From positions 4,392-68,391 of the forward strand of contig CALABO010000016.1 of NCBI GenBank assembly GCA_937885575.1: a stretch of DNA of 64,000 bases, written 5' to 3'. This DNA comes from an uncultured Pseudomonadota bacterium. Its GTDB lineage: Bacteria > Pseudomonadota > Alphaproteobacteria > Rs-D84. Below are positions 27,101 through 39,100 of the stretch, piece after piece. The notes beneath the pieces were generated by a model. That model was not told the origin of the DNA, searched no databases, and worked only from the letters and a program-made list of their open reading frames with translations. The position numbers and the translations under genes are program-made. The number at the start of each line of letters is the position of its first letter. Positions within the stretch are counted from its first letter, which is position 1.

Positions 27101-30100
27101 TCGCATGCGTTCCACCAACCGGCAAATGTGTAGCCATCGCGGCTCATGATGTCTTCGCCAGGTAAATCGACACTGCCATTCAGCCATCTTGCCTGCCATG
27201 TCTGGTTGTTTTGCGCAGTAGTACCGATACTCTGACCTGCACCTGTAATGTAACGGTTTATGCCAATTACTGGATCAATCTCTGCACCAGTGGTGTCATA
27301 AAAACCATCAAACACAAAATCAACATTATCCGATAATTGTCCACCATACATGTCATGCCAATTAAACATTGCGCCATTACCATTAAGTGTCACCGTGGCA
27401 TATGTACTTGGCGTCCCAGATTCCAACGGATAATCATTCGGTGTCATCATGTATGTTCGGTTATAATCGCGGTAAACGCCATGATTGAACCACGTATAGA
27501 GTGTCGATGGATTCGCCAATGTTCCATTATCATTATAAAGATTCGAATTCAGCGCGATAGTATATCTGTTGTCACGGCATTCGGTTCCAACAAGGTCATA
27601 ACCGTTGTTACAGATTATGTCATTAGGACAAATTGGTAAACTTTGTTGACCTTGTGGCAAACATGTTGCACCAGGGCGATTGTATTTTATGCCCCATTGT
27701 GGATAATCCGAATGGTTTGGTGCGCAAGATTGCATGCCAACTGGCAATGGGCTTGGGCAACCCGAATCTTGGCAATCATATTCGCAGTTGCCATAACATT
27801 GTTCCGCACCAATTGCATGTGGGTTATCGGTGAAACCGTCTGGGCATGGATAGCATTTGTTACCGTCCCAGTATTCGCCCTGCTCGCATTGACTCCAATC
27901 CGGTTCCCATACTTGGTTATTATCAGTTAACACTGTGGGGTCTGGCAATCTCCATTGCCCGTTACTCACATAGCCCATCTGGACATCATTATACTTATAT
28001 CCTGCAAAAACATACCCTGAACGTCTTGGCAATTGTGAACCGGATAATCTTGTAACATTGAACGGCCCATTTGCAGTATATCCCCATCCATTATCATATT
28101 TTTCATACAAAATTTCTATCCCGGGTTCTGTTGCATCCGTTTGAGCCAAAGTCACATAATACACATTTCCATTATTCCAATCCGGGGTAAAGTCTTCATT
28201 GGCGTAAACATCACTCCATGTTGCCGTATATTCGGTATCACGCGCGGTGAATGTTGTGTTGTGGTTGCCCATCCAGCTAGTAAATGTATAACCCGCGTTT
28301 GAACATGCCGATGTCGGTGGAACCCGAACAGTGCCGCCATTCTGAACAGATTGGGTGTAATTCGGTAACGGATCTTCACCCGCGCCGCACCTGAATGTGA
28401 TTGTAAATGGACCCGTTGGACGGCCACACCGTGCATACCACGTATGGTTATTATCCGTATAATTGGGTTCCTGTTCTACACGGCCATCTGGACGAATCAC
28501 CCTATCACCACCACTTAATGCATCATAGTAGCCCTTGAATTCATATCCCGCGTTCGGTGTTGGCAGTTCATCATCGGTTAACGTCAAATTCGGATCAAAT
28601 GTTCCGGTTGCGGCCCGATTCCAACCAACATTGTATTTTTCATACAATTTTGTTGGTGTGTTATTGGATGGTTGACAGTTATTTCTGTCTGACACTAATT
28701 TTACTTCGTATATCACATCAGACCAATGTGCATACACAGTCATATCATTGTTCACCAAAGAACTTGAATCCACTTGGTTGCCCCCCATGGGTAAATCATA
28801 CCATCCATCAAATACAAAACCCGGGCGTGTTGGCACTGGTAAATCATTCCCAGACGAACTTATCGTCCCCAGTGTCCGCGATTGCCACCGGGCGTGCCAT
28901 GTGGCATCATCGGTATATCCCGTGCCAGCGGCTATACCACTTCCGTTAATATAACCATCGACATCTATATAACGTGGTGAACCATTCACAGATTTCCAGA
29001 AACCTTGGTAATCAAATAGAACATTCGCGTCCATGCTGCCCATGTACGTTTGACCATTCCAAATCAGTGATGCACCTTGACCATTAAGGTTAAATGTCAC
29101 GATTGCATAATTTAGCGGATTTTCGCTAAGCGGGTTCTGGTTCGCCCTCATTTCACCCGTATAATTGGAATACAAATACACCCCACGGTTATGCCAGGTA
29201 TATAAAACTTCTGGATCACTGCTCACCCCATGTATTATATGCGATTCTAATGTGATGGTGTGTTTTTCATCTTCCACACAACTCTGACCATCCTGGGCCG
29301 GAACCCAACCAAGGTCACAGTCCGTAATCATATACGGGCAATTCGGCGTCGGATTAGTGTTCGAAACACAGGTCTGTGTTCCATTGTTGTATTCTTTGCC
29401 ATTATTTTGAACACTTGGATCATTTGGATTGTATACACAATTCGCACCATGAACCGTTGGACATCCATTGGTCAAACAGATTGAACAAATCTTATAACAC
29501 TGATTCACGTTCGTCGCATTCGCATCAGCTAAAGGATACGCGCCACCTGTTGCATCACTGCAACTTTTGCAAACGCCATTATCCCAGTACTGACCGGCCG
29601 CACACGGTCCCCACTGAGCATCCCAGGTTTCATTTGCTGATATACTTGCCGGCAATGCCCAATTTGCACCACTAAAGTTTCCTCTCTGTGCCTGGGTTGT
29701 GCTATCCAACCATCCGTTAAAGTTAGACCCTTGTTTGGTTGGCAAAGAATCACCCGGTATAGATGTAATCTGTGTCGTTAACCCGGCATTCTTGTACCAC
29801 CCTAGGTCAACCGCGTACCATAATTCTTGATATTCGTTTGACGGGAACATTCCGCCGTTCTCGTTCAAATCCACATGATATACCGCCTTGGTATCCGGGA
29901 CAAAAACTTCATCAAAACAATGATTCCATGCAAAATATGAACCGGCATCAAGAAGAATTTCAGGATGTGTGGATCCCTTCCATTGATTGAATGCAACCCC
30001 AGAACACACCGTTGCCGCCGGGGCGGTTAAGTTAGCATCCCCCATATGCACCGTATAAGTATATATGTCGCCACCATTTGCACTGCATCTGAATTTGATG

Positions 30101-33100
30101 GTAAATGTGCCTGGATTATCAATATACTGTGCATACCATTTTTGGTTATTATCAGTAATGGTTGTGGATGGCAGTGGTTGATAACCATCTGAACTCACAT
30201 AACCGTCTGCCTGAATCATTTGTTGCCCGCCACTCCGTCTGTTAAAGTATCCTTTAAATACTTTGCATGTTTCTGATGGGGATGGTAATTCATCAGGATC
30301 CAAGTTCAGAGAAGATGTAAATCTGTTATCGGTCCTGGACCAACCAATTGTATATTTTTCAAACAGTTTGCTGACAAAGTTTGAACCTTCTATACCATTA
30401 TTACTATCCAATGTTACATAGTATGTATTCCATTCGCAAGTGTTGTTTTCCCAATGCTGGTATTCTGGGCAAATTGGGTCTTGTGTCGGATCCACATTAC
30501 ATGTTTGTGGAGTTATCGTGGCATCTGTCATTGGATTAAGACAGGCATTCGGATCATACTCTGGGACATATCCGGTTTGGGCCGCCGGATTACCTTCAAG
30601 ATACCAACATGTAGCACCCGCCGGATACTGTGGTGTTGGACACTGTGCCGGATTTGCCGGATAACCAGCCCACGTACAAGGCACCGGGCAAGACGGACGA
30701 CATTTACCAAGGGATGGGACATATATTTGACCCGCCTCGCATTGACCATAACTTGCCGTGAAAATCGGAGTAATGTTACAATAATTCCATGAATTAATCA
30801 TATAGTTCGAAGTTCCGGGATAATATACCTGGTTATTGCCATTGAATGTCCAACCATTGAATAACTGATCGTTTGATTGACAAGTTATTGTCGTTCCGTT
30901 GGATTCCACATAATATGGTTCGCCGTATGTTGCCTGGGTTCCGGAAAGTGTCCCAGGGGCGGTACTGGAATCGCATCTGTAATAAACATCATACTCTGTC
31001 GCGTTGCAACTAACGTTATTCAACACGCTTGCATCACCGATTGAACCATTGACGGTGAATATACCTCCGTTAGTGGCGCTGTTGTCATGTGTATAACAAG
31101 TGTAATTGTTATTATTACAGCCGGTACACGCTTCGCACTTAAGGGTATATATACATTCTGTTCCATTGCTATTGAGTGCGCCACTTACAAAAGTTGCGTG
31201 CGCATTGTTTGGTAATGTTCTTGCCGGGCATAGTTCAGATGCATTTGGCACGCAAACACCATTTTCCAAGTTATACCCGCTCTCACATCCCCACCATGCA
31301 TAGTAATCCTTGTCACCACAATCCGTGTTGCTTATTACAGGATTTTGCGTACACCCGGCGGTCAATTCCGGATTCGTGCACCATCCATTGAATACCTTGT
31401 GCGAACCGGCTTGCGGCGTTATCGAACAATTGATAGCGAACGCATTACCAAAGGTATAACTTGTCGTTGAACACCCACTGTATATCGCATTACCATTATG
31501 ATATGTGATGCTATAAGTACCAGGTGTCCAATGAGCATACAAATTCGTTGTTGCGCCCGTTGGTGTATACGGCATATTGGCATTTCCGGCCGATACCCCA
31601 TTGTACATATCTGTCCACCAACCGTTAAATGTATAACATTGACGTTGGGCATCAGGTAATGTTATTGAACCATCCTGCCACTGGGCGTGCCAAACAGTTG
31701 AATTACTCTGATTTTGTTGCGCCGCGATGTTACCATTGGTGCTAATATAACCAGTATCAAATATATATTGGCTTCCGCCATATACCGAAGGATAAAAACC
31801 TTGGAAATCGAACGTCGCCGTTAATGTGGCCGTAGAACTAGAATAACCATTCCAGATAACATTACCGCCATTTCCGTTTAGGATTACATCCGCCGATTTT
31901 TCAGGTACGGCATACAACGACTGCTCATCATTCATCAGATACACATAACCATTATCCAAATACGCCCCGCCATTTGGCCCATATTTTGTATAAAGGACTT
32001 CTGGCGAACTGGCGTGACCATTGAAACCATCAATATGACTATTCAAAGTTATCATATAATTGTTCGGAACGCACGCGGTGTTATTACCATTTGGTGTATA
32101 ACCAGGCAAACAATGAAGAACCGTTATCGGGCAATTTTGTTCATAATTTGGCTGACATGTGCCCGTTCCTGGATAATACAAATTACCATTCATGTTCGAA
32201 TTATTTCCAAATTCGCAATAATTGACCCCTTCGGTTTGTGGGCAAACCGGGGTGCAAATCGAACATTGCCTGTAACATTGATATATGCTTGTTGCATTGG
32301 CTTCCCCAAGAGGAAAATCCCCATTCGTTGCCGTGTTACACGTTACACAGACCCCGTTGTTCCAATATTCATTAGGGTTACACTGGCTCCATATCGCACA
32401 CCAATCTTCATCGTTTTGAATCAGTGTTGCAGGTGACACCGACCATATTCCACCGATGTTACGCACACGCGCATCGCCCGCAAGATTGTTGTACCCAACA
32501 AAAGTCCACCCGCTACGTGTTGGCAATTGTTGCGTGGTAAGTTCCGTGATCGGATTTGAAAGGGTTCCGCCAACATTTGTTCTGTACCAGTTAACACCAT
32601 ATTTTTCCCATAATTCTTGAACACCAGAATTACCAAATGTGCCTGTTTGGGTTGAATCGTCGCAAGAATATGCATGCAAATTTACATGATACACGTTGCC
32701 GTCATTCCAATCTGCGATAAATGTTTCACCATGAGTCTGTTCCCACGGATATTGATATGTAGAACTCTGCGCATTAAGTGTGGTGGGGTGATTACCAGTT
32801 GTCGTAGCTTTCCACCGGCTATACGAATACCCAGGGTTGTTCGTGCAAGCCGAATTTGATGGAACAGTTATATTTTCACCATAATGCACGGTTTGTGAAT
32901 CTACTATCGGATTTCCGCCCTCTTCACAGATGAACTTGATAGTGTATGTTTGGTTCGAATCCGGAATACAGTCATTGGCATCGTTATTCCAGATATATCC
33001 AGTGGTACAATTTGGTGTGTAACGACAAGTGCTCGCGGTTATCAGATCGCAATTTTCCGTCTTACGACACTTTGTAATAGATTCCGTAGGTTCGTAGTAC

Positions 33101-36100
33101 CCGCCTTGTGAATTTGACGTAGTATCATAATTACAACTGACCACTAGATTTGAATAATTGGTGCCATTGGGACAAGCCGCACTGTTAGAAGGCACGCCAT
33201 TGGATTGTCCTGGGTAAGTGCAATTCACAGAACATATTGGCTTGCAATCTTGGGGAGTAACACATGAGTTGCTGACAAGAATGTATCCATCATCACAAGA
33301 ATTAACCGTCCAATGTGCGTAAAGGGTTGTATCGTTATAGGCGATATAATCCGTTTCTATACGTGTTCCGGTTTCTCCTGGTTGTGTCCACCAACCGTCA
33401 AATATATATCCTTCACGGGTCGGATCAGATGGGAAGTCATTCCACATTAATGTACCACTATTACCATTCCATTGGGCGTACCATGTGTAATCCGCTGGCA
33501 CCCCATCGTAATTTTTACCGGCGGCTATACCTTGGTTCGTGATGAACCATTGGTTATTGGTTTGTTTGATATATCGATAACCCGGGTCCTCCGAATCATA
33601 GTTTGCGTAAAAACCAAGAAGAGTAAAGTAAGCATTTTCTATCTCACTTGTTGTTACAGGATTAGAGCAATAAGTGTCATTATCACGATCGCAATGATTA
33701 AATGTTACGGTATAGTATTTATTTGGCAAAGATGTCAACGGATTGGTGGTTTCGGTCATTTCGTCTTCACGTTCATAATCGCGATATACACCCGTATCAT
33801 GTATCGTATACAGTTGATTTGAATATTCGCCGTGTGGACCGTTTTGCCCAACCGTGAAATTTTTGCTAAGGATTATTTCATATTGATTCTCAGCGGTACA
33901 TGTCGCGGTACATTCTGTGTTATATGTTCCCGTGCAGTGGAACTGCGGATTTGTATATCCCGTTTTACATTTCACATCTGGGGTGCATTCGTTATTTGTA
34001 ACAACCGTTGCATCGCACGACAATACACCGGTGCCCGAACTACACTGACATTGTTCCCAATGCGCATCCAGGGTCGCCGTTGTATCCCGATAATGTTCGT
34101 AATATTCTTCTAAATAGGCATAATATGTATTGGTCGTTGCATCATAGTACCGTGTAAACGTGTTTGTTCCCCCATCCGCAACGTCCCACCGCGCAAGTCT
34201 GTTTCCGGTCTTGGTATATATCGCGCCCTTGGTGGTGAAGCTTTGATCAAAGGTCAGCGATACCGGTTCATTTGTATTCGGTTGCCCGCCATTTGGTCTG
34301 TATACAAGTGGCAGGTTGCCATCTTCTTCGCAAACAGCACCATTTTGATGATAGTTTGTATCGCACCCCCACCACGCATAATAAGTTTTGTTGCCATAGT
34401 CCGTGGAACTTATGGTTTGGGATGAATCACATGTCGTATTTGATGCATCCGCGCCAGTGCACCAACCCCGGAACACGGCATGGGAACCAGCCTGCGCGCT
34501 CAACGTGCACTCAATGGTTGCGGTCGTTCCGTATTGGTAATTGTCCGGGGTGCAATTGGTGGTATCAACATTAAAGTGCAACGTCCTTGCCGTGTCATCG
34601 TATGTGATATCGTATTCCGTTGCGGTACAGAACGTGCCGGACAATGTTCCACTGGTTGGACCAGTCATGGTAAATGTTTGCGCACCATTGTGATTATAAC
34701 AACCCGGTTCATTATCGACACATAATGCACACACAATTGTGTATTCACACAGATCATTTTCAAAGGTCACAGATGTTATTTGTGCGTGCGGATTGGGGTT
34801 TGTCGGCAATTGCGCCTGGCACAAACCGGACCCAAGGACACATTCGGTCCCTTGGGGGATATAACCATTTGCCGTGTCACATTCATACAGTGCGGTAAAG
34901 GTTGGGTCAGATGAATCGAACGTTGTATATGTCCATGACAGAATTACCCCACCCGTGTAACCAACATAATGGGTGCCTGTATTATTCAATTCCCATTTTG
35001 GTTGACCGTTTTCAAGTGCAAGCACATAACCAGTATTTGGATTACACTCTGCGATTTTTTGTGCCCCACTGTATGCGACTTTGTACGATTGACCGTATGT
35101 TGCGGTATTTTCCATACTATAACCAGAAGTCGACGTTCCGTGATCGCCACAAACATATTTTACACTGTCCCAAGTTTGCGATGTGCAGGTGCTTCCGTTC
35201 CATGTTGTTCCGTTATCGCAATATTGCGGGTACAGGGTACGGTTCGTAATTTGATTTGCCGGGGTCATTCCAGACATAATGTCTGTAGCATTAGTAGAAT
35301 CCAATCCCAGCAGATATTCAACATACCTGGTACCACCGCTCGGTGTATCATAATAACCCTTGAACAACGGGTCGGCGCTGGCGTTGGCACTTGGCTCTGG
35401 CGCAGCATCAGTCGGATAGATTATGAATGTATAGTTTGGTTCATTGCCCGTTCCGGTGTATTGACCCGGCCCCATAATATGACTCCAGATTTTACCGGAA
35501 CTGTTGCTAAGGTAATACGAGGAACTCACATAAGCAGCATTGCGAATACCAACAATGTGACGTGTACCCGCCGCCGTTGTGGGGCTGTCTTTCTTCATAA
35601 ATGTTACCTGTGACGACATCGGCTTAAACGCCATCGCCCCAGAACCGGTCAGCAATTTCGGACAATACGCAACATCGGCGGCGTTTTCACCGCAAACGTC
35701 AAGTTCCGGATTCGTCGCGCGATTCCGCCAATTTCCATAGAATTCTATTTGATTGTGGTTGTTTTCCACAATATCCGCCACACTGAAATCGCCATATGAT
35801 AAATTCGCGGATCGGCATTCCACATCGCTGGTCCCGTTGTCACCGTTACATACCCGGTAACACTGGTCCGCGCCCCAGTTATAGCCCGCGATACTGGTCC
35901 AGCCGCCACCTAACTGTGAACAAGGCACACATGCGTTTGCATTCGGATCCCAGTAATCACCATTCGGACACACCACGCAATCATCTTTGTTTTCGTTCAA
36001 GTGATAACGCTGATCCGTGCATTCCCATTTCGCATAGACATTTTTATCAGCACACGGGGCGGCGTTTGATAATTCTAGTGGTAAATCACAAGTTTCCAAA

Positions 36101-39100
36101 TTGGAATCTGTACACCACATTACAACCTCGCCGATATATTCATTATTCGCATTTTTAAGCCGCGGCACACCACTTATCGATGTGTCTGGGCTGGCATTAC
36201 ATGTATAAGAATCTGGCATACTGGTACTCTGATTCGATGGCATTTCCAGTGTGTTTCCGGCGGGCGTGATACTATTGTTGGTTGTCGGCATTTTAAGATA
36301 TGTTATGTTGTATGTGTTTGCCGCCCCCCAAATCGCAGTAAAGGTCTTGTTTTCTGTATAGGCCCACTCAAATTCCCCCGCATCCCCCGCAAGATGGGTG
36401 TCGGTTGAATTGGAAACCGCCCACCATCTGAATTGAAGATTACCATAATTGGTGCATCCTTCTGGCTGTGCCGGAACAATTCGGGCGCCAGCATATATAC
36501 CTGTTACGGGATTTGGCGATATAGACGGTGTCCCCCCACCATCACCGCAGGAATACGTCAGGGTATAGGTCGGATCGTCAGTATAAATCGGCCACAAGTT
36601 GCGGGAATACTGCGACCTTGTATCTGGGCTCATATTATTTTGGGCTGGGTTCAGATTTTTTGCAAACTGAATTATACCATTTGCATTATCTGCCGTTAAA
36701 TTCCTTGCACTGACTAATTCTGTTGCATCTGTTTCTGGATAGCCGTATCCAGCAAAGGTTTGGTGTTCGCGCGACATGGCCACGGGCGCCGTTTCCGCTG
36801 GATATGTAATAAATGTATAACGGTATGTTCCAAGTTCTGTTGTGATTTCTGGACCTTGTTGACCGACGCCCACAACCTGGCTCCAGGCAAAACCATCGGC
36901 AAGCGACAGACTGGTGCCACCGGCCCGATTTCCGATTATATAACGCGATTCGTTTTCATCTTGGGCGGTGTTGTTAAACCTTACCGCCGCCGCCATGGGT
37001 TTCTGGGGACCAATACTCGGGTTACTTGAAGCCAACAGCCCAAGCGGACATTTCGTGGCACCAGTGGCAGAACGACAAGTATAAATATTTTGCCGTTCAT
37101 TACCATAGAATGAAATCTGACGACCGGTTCCCCCATTTGTCGTAACAAATTGTTCAAAACCGTGCCCAGATGGTGTAGTAATCGCGGCACATTCCGTGAT
37201 GTCGTCATTCGTATCTGTGCCACAATTACGATAACACTGATCAATGCTCCATGTATACCCTTCCTTGCTGGTCCAATTGGGCCCTAAGATATCCGCACAT
37301 GTTTTACATGAATTGGTTCCAGGATCATAAAATTGACCCGCGTCACACATTTCGCAATTACCTGTTTGCGGATTAAGATGATATAAATCATCGCATTCAT
37401 ATTGTGCATAGAGTGTGACGTTGTCCACCGGCGCCCATGTATCATGGCCATAATCCGTCACGCTACCGTTAACATTAAATATCTCATTACCCGTTCCATC
37501 AACCGCGGTATTATATCCAACGAAGTGTGCATTTGTTTTTGTTGGAATTCTACCCACAACACTTGGGGTTATTTGGTCACCGCCGCACTCTGTGCCACCA
37601 TACCAACCCGTCACACCAGAAACCTTGGAAAAACGACCATTATTTCCACCGTTTGTTGGTGAATTCTGTTCACCGTTCGTCGTATCATCGAAACTTACAC
37701 TGCGGCATGCAACGGACCATTGTGCGGTACAGGTGATGTTTTCGGATACTGTTACCTGACAAGATTGGTTTGTCCCGCACGAATATACTACGGTGTTTTC
37801 ATCATCAACACATGTCCATCCGGCGAAATCATGACCGGCCCATGTTGCCGTTGACGGTAATGTGATAGTGCCCGTTCCCCAATGTGCAACCCATGTTCTT
37901 TGATCGTTGGTATTATTCTCATCGTAAGTTTTTCCGGCGGCTATACCATCACTGGTGATATACCCCTTGCCATCATATGGGTCTATATATTTTTCGGGGT
38001 TTAATGTAATGTTTTGATAATACCCCATAAAGTCAAGATTCTCATCAATGTTTGCATAATTGTTAGCTCCATTGTAACCATATATTGTACCATTGTAAGT
38101 AAACGATGCACCAGTACCATCATGTGTCGAATCGGGATAAATGGTTATATTGATAGTCTTTTGTGGTGGTGTTAGGGGGTTGGCGTTGGGTTCGTGATCC
38201 GGCAACATTTTTAATGTTCTTGCCGAATCAAGATATACACCAATGCTTTTCCTGGTATAAAGATAGTCCGAAGGATTGCCATCGGTTCCACCATTTTGAT
38301 CCAATATAATCACAAAATCTGTCTGACCCCAGTTTGCGGTAAAGTAGCAATTGTTACTGTCGTATGTCCAGGTGCCGAACGTTGGATCATTTGTGTTATA
38401 TGGTCCCGAATTAGCCCCGGCACATGTAAATGTCCAGTTTTGGAATGTCCATGCACCAAACCCGCCATTTGGTTTACAATTGTTGTCCAAGAAATCTTGA
38501 ACCGTAACATTACCGCCATTAAACGGATCAAATTGACCGGCAACGTTATAGGTTTGACCGTATGTAGCACTGGAATCCGTATAAACATCGGCACCCGGTT
38601 TGATGTCGCCGCAACGATATTCAACCCTGTATGTTTTTAAATGCCACATACTCTTGTCCAAAATAAATTCTATTTCCGTCAATGGTGTGGTCGTGATATA
38701 TTGCCAATCGGCGGAAGACAATGTTTCGTTCGGCCCATATTCACCATTCGGATTGGTTGAATTACCACTATAATCTTGTAAATTCCACACATAATCATTG
38801 TCTAACTCATACCCAGTAAATGCGCATGGCACATTGTGATTACCCGTTCCAACAGATTTAACAAGGTACGCGGCACCATAAGTTGCGTCATCATTGAATG
38901 TATGGGTGTCTGGTTCACCATCAACAGGTGAAACACAGGTATATTTTACATCGATTTTGTCACCAACACAATCACCATTGGCATTTGGAGCATAACCATC
39001 AACACAAGTATACTGTGCATACAATACTGTGTTACCATTTATCGTCCAATCAGATCCACTGTTATTACCAGTCGTTAAATTACCGCTGGCATTAAAAATT

